From positions 266,166,001-266,230,000 of the forward strand of contig OZ024740.1 in NCBI GenBank assembly GCA_964016885.1: a stretch of 64,000 bases of DNA. Reading direction: 5' to 3'. Within the stretch, counting starts at the first letter, position 1, and each line of letters begins with the position of its first letter. Shown piece after piece: positions 42,231-55,983 of the stretch. The position numbers and the translations under genes were made by a program. The notes under the pieces are model-generated. The model saw only the letters and a list, made by a program, of their open reading frames with translations. It did no database searches and had not been told where the DNA came from. Origin of the DNA: Eledone cirrhosa. Taxonomy: Eukaryota.

Positions 42231-45200
42231 CTAAATTTTTTCCATAAACAATACCACATTAGGTAATTTAGGAGGAAATTTATTGTGCCTATTTTTGATA
42301 ATGTTGTCATTAATTTCATCCCAATTTTCAGCACCACTTTTTACCAGACAAGTATAATGGCCTGCCGTAGATGATACTCTTTCATGAAGAATAGCAGCTT
42401 TTAATGTGAAATTTGTGCCATATAATTGCTGCTTTTTTTTAGCTAAAGTTCATAATATCACAATTAATTCTTTGTTCTCCTTCATTATTAATCAAAAATC
42501 TACTAATTGAGATGACAAGATATTTGAAATCGTTAGTAAATTCAATTCTTGAAGTTATTTGATGCTCAGTATTTTCAGAAAAAGTATCACAGTATTTAGT
42601 CAAAGTATTTGTTATTGAAAGTAGAGATTTAAATTGTTGTGTGTCATTAATAGGATTTAATATCAAATCCTCTTTTATTTGAAATGGAAGTTCAGATTCT
42701 ATACCACATCCAGGTCTTGAATTACAATTGCAAACATTGTTATTTAAAGCTTGGCAATTTGCTTGATGCAATCGGATGCATCTAGTATGATCAGTTTGAA
42801 TAAATTGAAGTTTTTCTCTAAATACCAAGTCCAAATGTAGAGAGAATTCTTTCTAAAATTCATGAGCACATTGCTGATTTCCATCATGAAATCTTCCTCC
42901 AATTATTCTTCTTAAGTTAGAAATATTATTATGATTATTAAAAATGATATTGCTTAATTCTTGATGTACTCCATTGATGTTGTTAAAATTATGCAAATAC
43001 TCTACAAATTCAGGCAATTGATTCAGTGATTGCACAACTGAATTTGCAAAACAAGCATTTCTTTGGTTGATCAATTGATGTTTAGGGATTAAAGTTTGGC
43101 TGCTTTCATTTCTTTTCTTCTTTTTGGCAGGTTGGTTTGAATTTTCTTCCAAATTAAGTCTTTTAGTTCTTTTCTTGGGCATGGTAGAAGCATTTGCCAT
43201 GCAAGGGGGCTTTTTCCTGCAAGGTGGCAATGGAGGCAAATCTGCTCTTCCAGTACTAGCCCGTAGTTTGTTGTACTCTTCCCATGCAGATTTGTCAACC
43301 ATGATCAATGATCTTGGATCAAAGTCACAGAGATACACATTGCAAAGTTTTCTGGCTCTTTCAAGAGCCACATAAGCTTGACCATCAGAAAATATCTGAT
43401 TTCCTAAATCAGCAATTATTCCATCCACAGAAATTCCTTGTGATTTGTGAATTGTTATAGAGTAAGCAAGAGACAATGGAAATTGTGTTCTGGTGATAAA
43501 AACACCAGGAGAAATTTCATAGTCTGCTTGAACTCTTCCAATGGCAATGGGTTTGTCCTTTTTGGTATCAAAAGACACCAAAATGTTGTCAACATTGCTT
43601 CCATTCCCAATTAATTCAATAACTGTTCCAATAACACCATTGCATAAGCCTTGATCTACATCAATGTTTCGTTTCAACATCACTCTTGCTGCAATTCCAA
43701 CATTTAGCAAAGTTTCTAGTCCAGCAGTATCAGAAGTTTTCTTCTTTTTGCCTTTTTCAACATTTTTCTTTTCTTTTTTCCATTTACTTGTCTCATACCA
43801 GAATCTTTTGCAGCAAGTTTCACTGCATTTATGTTGCATTTTTTAATCATTTCATTATTCAACTCATCAACAGCTTCATTCAAAGGTAAAATGCATACAA
43901 ATTTTAATTCAGGAATAGAATACAATTCAATCAATTTTTTTAGCAATTTCTTCAACAGATGCTTTTCTATCAGGAAATAGGCATCTTTTTTGAAGCATGC
44001 TAATATCAGAGTCTGATGGGGAACCAATCCTAATTCTTCCCAAAATATCAACATAGTTGTCTTTGTCTTCTATTTGTCTCATATTAATGGTTAGCTCATC
44101 ATATTGAAAGTATTTCTACAATGAATTCCCACTAATGCCAATTTCTGTTCTTTTGGCATCATATGATGAAATTCTAGAAAATACTGGTTTTTCATTTACA
44201 TGTGGCAATTGCATCAAATCACCAAACAAAAGAAGATTCATTTTTCCAAAAGGATATGCCATTTTGGGGAGATCTCCAAAAATTTCATCAAGCCTTTTGT
44301 GAATGAATGCCAGCATCAAGTGACTAACCATGCTAATTTCATCAATTATGAACAATCTGGCTCCTTCATACATATGGCGTAAAATGTTCAAGTCCACTTT
44401 TTGCAATTCCTTGTAAGTTGGAAACTTTCCATGCTGAACTCCAATCATTAGAGTTCTGTGTAGAGTATTTCCTTTTATTTGAAATGCACTCATGCCTGTT
44501 GGTCTACATATTATGACAGGAGTTCCATTAGATAGATCAGTCATAAGAGTTATTTTGTCAGACAAAGTGTCAATCAAGAAACTTTTGCCTGCTCCACCAA
44601 CACCAGAAACAAATTTGAGAAGCTGTAAGCAGTCATCACATCTGCATCTGGGTAGAGGCTTGTCTTTATTACAATGAAGCGCTTGATTTTTGATAATTGA
44701 AATGACTTCATTGTAAATTCGTTTTTGATCTTCATTGAGTTGGGCTTCTTTTTCAGCCACTGAATCATCAGTTACATTTCTTTCCATTTGATCTTCAATT
44801 AAACCATCCATAATTTCATTTTCCTCATTTGGTTCTTCAATTACTTTTTCTTTGCTTTCTTTTTCTCCTTCAATTTCCAATTGTTTTGCCAAATCAATAG
44901 AATCAGCAATTCTTTTTTTTTATATTTTCATACTGAGCAATAGCTGGTAATTCTGAAAAATAATTTTGAAATGCTTCTTCATAGGAACTGAAACCACTCA
45001 ATAAATCAATTTCCTCATTTCCCCAAGGCTTAAAAAGCATGAGAATATTGTGGTAATAACGTTCCTTGTGTTCTTTGTTTAGAGGCACATTTGGAGTTTT
45101 GACAACTTTTTCTTTGACTTTTTTAAAGTAGCCTTTCTTGTTTGTCATAATCATTTTTTTTTTGCTTCTTCTTTTTCCTTACGTGGATATGAAACCTTTT

Positions 45201-48200
45201 CATATTTACTAGCAACTTCATATAATAAAGTTTCTTCCAAAAACAATGGTCTATTGGAATAATAATTTTCCACCATATTTTCATGAAATATATTTGTGGA
45301 TTCTTGTGGTATTTCTTGCAATTCTTGTTTTGATTTGATCCTATGGCTCCTTTTGCTAGGAATATCAGCACCAAGCCAAATGACCTGATCAGATGAACCA
45401 AATAAATGATGTCCTAACAACTTATCAGCACTCTCATATGCTCCAATGTCTCTTTTTCCAATGAGCTGAAGACCAGCTGATTTGTATCTTCCATATTTTG
45501 ATCTAGTTTCATCCAGATTTTCCCAAACACCTTCAGCCTCATTTTTTTTTTTCAGCTTTAGTTTGGTAACTAGTGACATATCTTTTCAAAATCATACTAT
45601 TTTCTCCAATGTATTGAACATCTACATTGGCTTGCCAAATCAAAAGAAGCAAAGGTTTATAATCATTGATATATTTTTCAGATGATTTTCTTTGAAGTTG
45701 ATACAATTTCTTGACACCTCTACCATTTTTTCTTGATTTTACACTTTCTGCCACAGTAAAGAATTTGAATTCTCCATCAGACTTTCGAATTCCAAATCGA
45801 CACTTTTTTGCAACATTTTTTCCTCTGCCATAAGTTTGTGTGCTTGAATGCACTTGAAATCTAGACACCAAATTATGCAATGTGGGGTTAGATACAGAAC
45901 AAGGCATTCTGCAAGTAATATGTTTCTCAATGAATTGTTGAATTTTTTCTGGGGGGTCCTTGTCATAAATGGGTGCCTAATCACACCAGAGCTTCATATG
46001 GGTGTGCGGGGCACCCCTTGGTTGATATTCAATTCTTCAGAAATAATGTGAAACTTTACCAAAAATTGGATTATTTTTTGCCAGAAACACTTCATTCATG
46101 ATAGCATTTAACCTGTGGTAAAATAATTCACTAATAGCAACAACATCATTGACACAAAGTGCGCTGGTATTGGCTGTTTTGACATTTGCAATATCACTAT
46201 TCAATTTTTCCAAATATTCTCTCAAATCTGGCCAAAAATATTCTGCACATGAAAGTGTAAAAAACAATGTTGCAGGGCCAAATTTTTCATCCATAGCATG
46301 GAGGTCCGATGCCTTTCTATTCGAAAATTGTTTTGAACCCCTGACATTTGCCATCATCATTGAGAGGTTGCCTTCAAGAGCTTTGTCATTATTTTGTATT
46401 TTTTGGTTGAATTCTGCCAAAGTCATTTTTCCTGATTTCATTGACTTCATAATGGCAAAAATTCCAGCATCCAAACCTCTTTTGTCAGCTTTGTACAAAA
46501 GATATTGTACAAAAGATATTGGATGTTTCTTCTAAATCTAGGGTCAGAATGCCTAAGTCTGTTTCTGACAAACATATGAGGCTTGACATTTCCAAAGTGC
46601 CTATCTTGAAACATTCCATTTTTCCCTGTAGGAAACAAAATGGGAAAGCACATCATATCCAATTTGGGATTGTTATCTTTCATTAAATCTCCTTCCGATT
46701 TATTCATTTTGAAAATTTGAATGTCTTTTCATTTGGTAAAGATGGATACATTTTTTGAACTGTGTGATGCTCATAGAATGTTTCAGCATCTTTCTTGGTC
46801 AAATGAGTCAACAAATGATGAGAATCTTTTGCGCAGTTCTGTCCAGTACACAAAACAATGTCATTGAGATCATTTGTTGTGTCAATTTCAATGTCTTTGT
46901 AAATGTCATTGTTTTCTGTAAGCCAATAAAGTGCATCCAAAACATTTTGTATATTTACTAATGATTTCCAAATTATTTTATTTTTAGTTGGCAATGAGAC
47001 AACAACAATTTCCAAAGAATTGTGTTCTTTTGATGGTAAAGTGTCCATAACATGATTAATGGTATTTTCCATAGGAATTGGCAAATGAGTTGCTATCCCT
47101 TTGATAGCAGGCAACATTTGCGAGGGTGGTCCTTTGAATTTTTGAGGAACAAGCTTTATCACATTAATAAAGCATTTGGCTCTTTGTATCAAAATGTGTT
47201 CATAAATATTCAATTTTGCTAATGCCTTGGGAATTTTTTCAACTTCAAGACCATTGATTGAAGCCAGTAAAGGAATTGTTCCTATTTTCAAATAAGATCG
47301 GCAATTGAGATACATAGTACATGGCAAAGGATCATTTTCTTTAATGATTTTAGGAACTTTTTCATCCCATTCAGTCAATGTTTTCAAATCACTGTCATAT
47401 TCTCTTTGTTTGCAAATGTCACAGGCATTAACTTTCATATTTTGAGTTTTTTATTAAAATTTTTAATAAGATGAGAAAATCTGTTGACAATGTTGGGTTC
47501 AGAATGGTCAACTTCATTTTCTCTTCCAAGCAAACCTCCAATAATTTCAGAACTGGTTTGATTAATTGTGTGTTTGTCCACCAAATTTTTAAACATAGGC
47601 CAGTTTCCTTCCAAAATAGCAATATCATACAAATGCAGTCAAATGCATAGAGCTCTTAATTTGTACACCTGATTCACTAATGTTCTAAGTATGGGAGTAT
47701 TGGGGGGGGGGGCATTTTTTCTAATGAGTTCGAGTTTATTGGTGCAGTCAGATTGACCACAACAATACAAATAGTCACTATGAATGCCATTGCATTCTTC
47801 ATTTTTTTTTCATTTTTTTGCGAATTTCTTTAACAGTCAATTCAGGTACAATTTCTTGAATTGCTTCATGTATTTGTCTTGTTTCCAAAAGCTGAGTTTT
47901 TTCATCAGGACAACCATCATTAGTGTCACAAAGGCGGGCCAAACATCCATCAATTAGAAACTTATCAGTTTCTTGATCAAAGTTCTCCTGACTAATTTCT
48001 TTATCATTATTTTCATAAGGTTGGCCAGGTGTTGAATTTTTGCATTTACATTCATCATTTTGACAATCCATACTTTCAAAATCATGACATCTCAATACAT
48101 ATAATGGAACATAGTCAACAGTATTCCTTTTAAAGAAAAGGTGCTATTAGTGAAAGTATGGTACAAATGTTGCCCCCAATAAACAGGCAAAAGTCCTTTT

Positions 48201-48420
48201 TTTTCAACATTTTTCACAAAATTATTAACTGTTGTGGCAGTATTTTTGATTTGTTTGAGCATGAAATTTCTAATGCCCAAAGCAAAATTGAATGCTAGAA
48301 TAACTTTTTTCAGTCCTTTCTTATAATTTCTTCTGCTATGTTTTTTTTTTTTAACTAAATAAGATTTAGTTAGTTTGTGAAGAATGGCCTTTTGAACGAA
48401 AAAATTCGAAAATTTGTTCA
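42231..48420 (-). pseudogene. Helitron2/Helentron-type Rep - Pif1 helicase - USP (C19) polyprotein, many frameshifts
   Basis: FFTLSCAE, EYQPRGAPHTH, ANVDVQY..YVTSYQTKAE; GVGGAGKS, IIDEISM, FGDLMQL, TIHKSQG, GQAYVAL; then NACFANSVVQSL, QQCAHEF, H..GHY..W..IND. Confidence 0.9.
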
Positions 48421-48942
48421 ATCTATTTCAGCAAGAAATTATTGTTTTCTTATAAACTTTAATGAATAATTTTTTTTTAGTATATTTTTTCAATTTCTGT
48501 TCTTCAATAACTTTTTTTATTTTTATAATTTGTCTGATAAGTTGATCTTTTTAGTTTGTATTTGTCATTATTTTTTATTTTTTCTCTATATTTTTCTTGC
48601 CATTTAACATTATTTGATTTAGAATTTTCAATTTTTTCTTATTTCTATAATTTTTTTGGTATTCAAGCTTTTTCTTTCTATATTCATCATTATTTTTTTG
48701 TTTTTCTCTATATTTTTTTGTCTTTCAGCACTCCTTTTCTTCTTTTTTTCTTCTTCATCCATTTTGTTTCCACCCTCATTAATATTTTTTATTTTCTTAC
48801 CATCCCCAGGCCCAGGATTTGACTGAACCCCTCCCCCCCCCCCCAAATAATAAGAAGCATTAGTATTATTAAAGCATGCGATTTATGTTTATTATAATAA
48901 AATGAGTGTTTATTGTTAGAAAATTGAAAGATATTTTAGGGT

Positions 48943-49127
48943 ATAACTTTTTTTCTACTGACCCAAAATTCAATTTCCTAAATGTAGCCTGGGATGGGTC
49001 CATTCTAGTGCAAACCTGATCAAATTTGGTTGAGAACTGAATTACTGACAAGTCCTAGAAGTGGCTGTCGTTGGGGAAAAGTTGGCCTTATAAGAATATT
49101 ATATTCACACACTACCGTGTGTGAATG
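48943..49127. mobile_element. Probable Helitron2 terminus with terminal hairpin
   Basis: Ends ATTCACACAC-TACC-GTGTGTGAAT; directly repeated at 50028-50214. Confidence 0.55.
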
Positions 49128-49291
49128 ATATGGTGCGTGGCTGAGTGGTTAGATAGTTATAATAAATAAAGAAGCGCCCAATAGTATTATTAAAGTATTT
49201 ATTTTATATATATATGTGTGTGTGTATGTATAAAAGATATAAAACTTTCTTTGACATAGACAACTGGGTAATTTACTAGTTTACGTACACA

Positions 49292-49754
49292 AACTCAAAT
49301 AAACATAATCGCTAGTTATGCCTGGTCGAAAGTGAAACTGACTAGGGTTTAGGGTTTAGGGTTAGGTTATTTACTGAAAAGGAGAGAGAAATTATTAGAT
49401 ACAAAAAGAGACATAGAATTAAAAGCAGAACTAGTTAAATATTAATATAATAGTAACTGTTTGATTTGATTACCTAGTAACTACAAAATAATAGACATTC
49501 TAAAACAAATTACTGATAACAATTAAAAATGCTGCAGAAGTATTATCCGCACGAACAGCATTTCGCAAAATAAATTCATGCAAACAGCTTTGGAACAGGG
49601 CGTCTGAAGTACCAAATTGCCTACGTATTTCGACCTCCAGGCATAATTTTCTCTGTCAGAAGTAAAATTAATTTTCAAAAGTGAAACTTTTAAGCTTAAC
49701 AGTAACAGTTTCACTTTCGACCAGACATAACTATCGATAATGTTTATTTGAGTT
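49292..49754. mobile_element. MITE-like segment with ~48-bp inverted repeats
   Basis: 'aactcaaataaacat..ctggtcgaaagtgaaactg' versus 'cagtttcactttcgaccag..atgtttatttgagtt'. Confidence 0.55.
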
Positions 49755-50232
49755 ACTTAAGGGAAACTACTTAGTACAGCTACGATGGATTTATACTAGA
49801 GTTGTGTCCCTTAGCGTTACTCCTCATCTGATTTCGTCACTTAAAGTCACACAACTCGATTTCTATGGCTCCAATCTTTTCAATATTGACAAATTTCGAT
49901 TCACCTTATCGAGTTCTATGTACTGAAATAGGTAGCATGAAATTATATTCGAAATTTAAAACGTTATGATGAGTCAAAGTCAATGAGGTGCCTTATCCGC
50001 CACTACATGAACACACATATTTTAGCGTAACTTTTTTTCTACTGACCCAAATTTCAATTTCCTTATACCAAAATGTAGCCAGGGCTGAGTCCATTCTAGT
50101 GAAAAATCTGATCAAATTTGGTTGAGAACTGAATTAGTGACAAGTCCTAGAAGTGGCTGTCGTTGGGAAAAAGTTGACCTTAAGAATATTATTCACACAC
50201 TACCGTGTGTGAATGATATATATATATATATA

Positions 50233-50654
50233 TATATTAATTCAAATATTAACAAAAAAAGATATTCTTGTGATCAATTAAATTTTATTATACATATTTC
50301 AGAGGTACTTGAATCAGGTTCAACAGTACGTCCTCATCAGATAAAATAAAATGATACATGACATACCCTGACATGTTAGATGGTTAAGATTTAAGATTTA
50401 ATCTTGATTAAATCTTAACCATCTAACATGTCAGGGTATGTCATGTATCATTTTATTTTATCTGATGAGGACGTACTGTTGAACCTGATTCAAGTACCTC
50501 TGAAATATGTATAATAAAATTTAATTGATCACAAGAATATATATTTTTGTTAATATTTGAATTAATATTAATAACTCTGGAAAATATTTTTACTGTGCTT
50601 CCAATCTACAGTAAAACTCATTCTTTGATGTACTCATTTAATCTCGTTTAACTC

Positions 50655-50660
<6 letters not shown>
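50233..50660. mobile_element. PLE lineage 1 fold-back in (TA)n with a hammerhead on each strand
   Basis: Palindrome 50233-50568; TCATCAG at 50334, CTGATGA at 50462. Confidence 0.85.
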
Positions 50661-50708
<48 letters not shown>

Positions 50709-50716
<8 letters not shown>

Positions 50717-51123
50717 AGATCAAAAGATGGTTAAAGGAGTTCCATGTATTTTATTATGCGCATTTCAAAAACAAACATCATCATGCAATAATATTTGTGT
50801 TTTCATCAGATAAAACATGAGAACATGATATGAAGGCTAAAAAACACTTGTGGATAGTGCAGTTTTAAATCAACATATCAAAACTGCACTATCCACAAGT
50901 GTTTTTTAGCCTTCATATCATGTTCTCCTGTTTTATCTGATGAAAACACAAATATTATTGCATGATGATGTTTGTTTTTGAAATGCGCATAATAAAATAC
51001 ATGGAACTCCTTTAACCATCTTTTGATCTTATATTATGTATACTCCAGTCCTACAAACTGTAGAGTGCTTCTTATCCGATATCTGCATTGCTTTATTGTA
51101 CTACAATAAAACTCACCTCCTAC

Positions 51124-51128
<5 letters not shown>
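50709..51128. mobile_element. PLE fold-back in (TA)n with a hammerhead on each strand (different subfamily)
   Basis: Palindrome 50709-51037; CTGATGA at 50937, GAAA-TGCGCA-TA at 50980-50991. Confidence 0.85.
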
Positions 51129-51189
<61 letters not shown>

Positions 51190-51329
51190 ATATATATTCT
51201 TTTATGTACATATAAATATATATAGTGAATGTTATTCAGTTGTCAGTATGTTCTCTTGTTAAGTATACATGCTGGTTTGGTCAAGAATGAAATATATACA
51301 ATAACTTGTTTACAAGATACTCTCTCACT

Positions 51330-52030
51330 CGCACATGCACACACATATTTAGACACTCACTGACACACACACAAACACACACACACATATACGCACACAC
51401 ACAAACACATGCACACATACAATGCAAATAGATACATGCACACGCATACACACATGCAAACACGCACACGCACACGCACATACACCGACACATATACACA
51501 CAAACAGACATACGCACACGCGCTCGCACACACACACAGGCACACACATACACACGCACATACAAAAATATATATACACACACGTGCACACAAAGCATAT
51601 AGACAGACACACACACACACATCATACATACAAACAGACACACGCACACAAGCACACGCATACACACAGAGAGATACGCGCACGCACGTACACACACACA
51701 CACACAGGCACACACATACACACGCACATACAAACAGACATATCTACACACGTGCACATAAACCACATAGACACACATACAAACAGACACACACATACAC
51801 ACGCACATACAAACAGATATATCCACACACGTGCACACAAACCACATACGCAAACACAAAACACTCATACAAACAATTACACGCGCACAAGCACACGCAT
51901 ACACACACAGAGAGACACTCGCGCACACATACACACAAACACATACACACACATACAAACATACACACCTACATATACACATACAAAGACACACACACAC
52001 GCACCTACACCTACACGCACATACTAGCAC
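51330..52030. repeat. Complex CA-rich low-complexity repeat with ~180-bp internal duplication
   Basis: 'gcacacgcatacacacagagaga' and neighbouring blocks recur. Confidence 0.85.
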
Positions 52031-52371
52031 ATAGACTTTCTTTGCTCCTCTTCACTCACATTTCCGAACTACAGAATCAAAATCTAACAATGAAACAATG
52101 AAATTATCATGATGATTTTTCGTGATCGAATTATTCTTTGAGGCTTATCATCTTTATCAATAATATCCACAAGATGAAAATAGGCATAACACTTCCTTCT
52201 TGTTGCTCAAATATCAATCGCTTCAACGAAATATTTCCCCCTGGGTATTTTCAGTCGGCGTTACTAGACAGCCGAGACTTACAGACTGCATTTTTCACAA
52301 ACACCAAACAGCGGTATCAGCAGAAAAAAATTAATAGATAAAAGCAAAAAAATGGCAGCCACATAAATAAT

Positions 52372-53370
52372 ATTATCATCATCGCCATCACCGTATTTAC
52401 CATCATCATCACCATATTGATCATCATCATCACCATATTTACCATCACCATCACCATATTTATCATCATCACCATATTCGTCATCATCATCACCATATTT
52501 ACCATCACCATCACCATATTTATCATCACCATCACCATATTTACCATCACCATCACCATATTTATCATCATCACCATATTCGTCATCATCATCACCATAT
52601 TTACCATCACCATCACCATACTTATCATCACCATCACCATATTTATCATCACCATCACCATATTTACCATCACCATCACCATATTTATCATCATCACCAT
52701 ATTCGTCATCATCATCACCATATTTACCATCATCATCACCATATTTACCATCATCATCACCATATTCATCATCACCATCACCATATTCATCATCACCATC
52801 ACCATATTTACCATCATCATCACTATATTTATCATCACCATCACCAGCAGCAACAACATCCCCGTCATCATCATCATCATGAATATTAGTATTAATATCA
52901 TCATCACCATCATCATCGCCATCACCATACTCATTGTCATCATCATAATCATCACCATCATCATCACCACCATCACTATCATCATAATCATCACCATCAC
53001 CATCATCATCGCCACCATCACTATCATCATAATCACCACCATCACCATCATAATCACCACCATCACCATCACAATCATTATCGCCATCAGCATCATAATA
53101 ATCACCACCATCACCATCATCATCACCATCATCATAATCACCACCATTATCACCACCAGCATCATCATCATAATCACAACCATCTCCATCATCATCATCA
53201 TCATCATCATCACCATCACCATCAGTATCACCACCAGCATCATTATAATCACCACCATCACCATCATCATCACCATCATCATCATCATCACCATCATCAT
53301 CGCCACTATCACCATCATTACTACCATCATCATAATCACCACCACCATCATCATCATCAAAATCAACATA

Positions 53371-53401
<31 letters not shown>

Positions 53402-53407
53402 CCATCA
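52372..53407. repeat. (CAT/CAC)n trinucleotide-derived minisatellite
   Basis: 18-21-bp 'catcaccatatttaccatcac' units grading into mixed CAT/CAC. Confidence 0.9.
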
Positions 53408-53499
53408 GACATAGAGGAAGACAGCAGGAACATTAACAGCCACAGACACAGCTACAGGCTTAGTTTTTAATGTTATCATTATTAAGGTTAAAGACAAGG

Positions 53500-53820
53500 A
53501 CGGAGGATTAGCAGTATCGGTAGAGTGCCGGACGCCATGCTTTGCAGCATCGAGTTGTGGCCATTTATGATATGAGTTCAAATCCCGCCGAGGTTAACTT
53601 TGCCTTTCGTCCTTACGGGGGTCGAAAAAATAAAGTACCAGTCACGCACTGGGGTCGATTTAATCGACTACCCCCTCCATAAAAATTGTTGGCCTTGTGC
53701 CTATATAAGAAACCCATGGCGCATAGAGTTACGGCTCTTGCCATTCTGAGTTCAAATCCTGCCGAGGTTAACTTTGCCTTTCATCCTTACGGGATCGATA
53801 AAATAAAGTACCAGTAATGC
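53500..53820 (+). mobile_element. Nin-domain SINE plus tandem partial copy
   Basis: A-box TAGCAGTATCGG; B-box GAGTTCAAATCC twice. Confidence 0.85.
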
Positions 53821-54036
53821 ATGAAAAATTCGGGACCCCGAATTATATATATATATTAGAATTGGTGCTCTGAAATAGCGATATATATATGAATGTATAT
53901 ATAGTGTATTTTGCAATACACTGTTTGCTGAAAATTAAAGTAAGTGAGACTGTCACTACTCTAAAACAATAGCGTAAGGTCTTCGAAATGCTTTTAATTA
54001 AGCATACAGTGTATTGCAAAATACACTATATATACA

Positions 54037-54122
<86 letters not shown>

Positions 54123-54524
54123 CATTGTTCTATACATCATTTCAGTTATTAGTCTGCAGCCATATTGCCATAAGTACTATTTTTCATGTAAGCTTTTATT
54201 TTATCGATGATTTTTGTGGAGCTAGTGGACATAAACAAACAGTTAATGTGTATGTATGTGTGTGTGGGGTGTATGTGTGAGTGTGCCTGTTTGTATTTGT
54301 ATATGTATGTATTTTTGACTCATGTGTGGAAGGTGTTTTAACATCCGAAAATTTCCTCAATAAACAAAAAAACAAGATTTAAATACAAACAATAAAACAT
54401 CCTTTTCCTACAAAAAACTACAGGTGCAAATGTAAAATATGTACCAACACTGCCTATTATCTTTCTTACTCTACCTAGCCATGTTTGACCAACACAAGAT
54501 GGTAAACAAACACACCAGCATTGT

Positions 54525-54862
54525 TATAATTTGGGAGGGTCATACTGCCAATAAAACATATGTACCAGTTGAGATTCACTTCAGTTTATTATGTTAGATA
54601 ACTAATTCATTCATCAGTTAGTTTATTAACTGCTTGTTTATTTAATTGTTAATTGCCATGTTGTCAACGATCTTTCGTCACACATACTGTGTTTGACCTC
54701 CTCAATTACTCTGCGTCTCGGGTTACAGAATGTATGACGAAAGATCTTTGACAATTAACATAACAATTACGAATTATACAACCATCCAGTTTCAAAACTA
54801 ACTGATGAATGGATTAGTTATCTAACTAATAATAAACTAAAGTGAAACTCCACTGGTGCTCG
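54525..54862. mobile_element. Old PLE lineage 2 3'-end fold-back
   Basis: 'ttgggagggtcatactgccaataa' matches 34958; imperfect inverted arms; 'gacgaaagatc' hammerhead remnants. Confidence 0.6.
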
Positions 54863-54885
54863 TATTTTCATAAGACGAGTTAAGT

Positions 54886-55722
54886 ATAGTTAGTTACAAT
54901 AGTGACATATACAGGTACTTAAGTTTTGTTGGGTTATACACCCCAACTATTCAGCCTGTTATACAGTGAAAATAGGCTACTCTTTTACCAGTAACATTAA
55001 AACCTTACGGATGCTCATGCCGAAAGACAGAGATATGCCCATTAGATCAACAGTGCAACACTCCAGCGGTGATATATTAAGCAAGAGTGTCCTCTTCCGA
55101 TCAGAACCACCAAACAGAAGCCTGAACGTATGTCAGAATGTTCGAGAGTTGGTTCAAAAGTCGGTATCTGAACCACAAAATAACCTTGAGACATGCCACC
55201 TAACCATGTGTGGAACCTAATAAATAACGACACACCATTTTCTATTAAACGGAGTATATTAGAAAAATCCACCTCCTATGTTAATGGGACGAAATTTTGC
55301 CGGCTATGTAACTCGGAAAAGTGGAATATACTCTCGCAACTGGCTTCATGTAAACAGTGCTAAAATACCCACCTCCACTGCTCTAGTTGCTGTCCATCGC
55401 GGAGCGAAATTCATTCTGAGAAAATGGTATAGACCAGACTATCTGATTTTAATTTCGAGGAATTTAATTTCTTTGAATTACTAACTTTGCACAATGAAAC
55501 CCCTTTTTGATAGTTATTACCCTTTACATTATCTAAAAGATTTATTTATTTGTAGCCAAATTCGAAATTACCTGTGCTTGAAGAACCCTCGGGTATTTTA
55601 GGAAAACTTCAAATCTACTTGTGAGAGTAGCCATTTTTATTTTGTATAACAGACTGAATGAGTTGGGGTGTATAACCCAACGAAACTTAAGTACCTGTAT
55701 ATATCACTGTTGTAACTAATTA
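54886..55722 (+). mobile_element. Degenerate PLE lineage 1 GIY-YIG fragment with ~80-bp inverted ends
   Basis: CPLDQQC..VIY, RYLNH, HVWNL, FCRLCNSEK remnants; 54886-54965 is inverted at 55642-55722. Confidence 0.75.
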
Positions 55723-55949
55723 TGTATATATATATATATTCAGACATATATATGCACGAATACATACATATTTATATCTAGAGACGGGTTTTATAGATAG
55801 ATAGATAGAGGGAGAGAGAGAGAGAGAGAAATAGATAGATAAATTTAAAGAAAGAGAGAGATAGATAGACAGAGAGAGAGAGAGAGATAATTCTATGTAT
55901 GGATATCACTGTTTGTGTGTGTGAGTCTGTGTTTCTGTGTATGTGCGCG

Positions 55950-55983
<34 letters not shown>

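Noticed and set aside
52279-53436. Asp/Gly-rich 384-aa ORF as an acidic biomineralisation protein
   Set aside because: Three frames are open because of the CAT/CAC repeat; no signal peptide or splice evidence.
53500-53590. tRNA gene
   Set aside because: The A/B boxes belong to a multi-copy SINE head; no cloverleaf.
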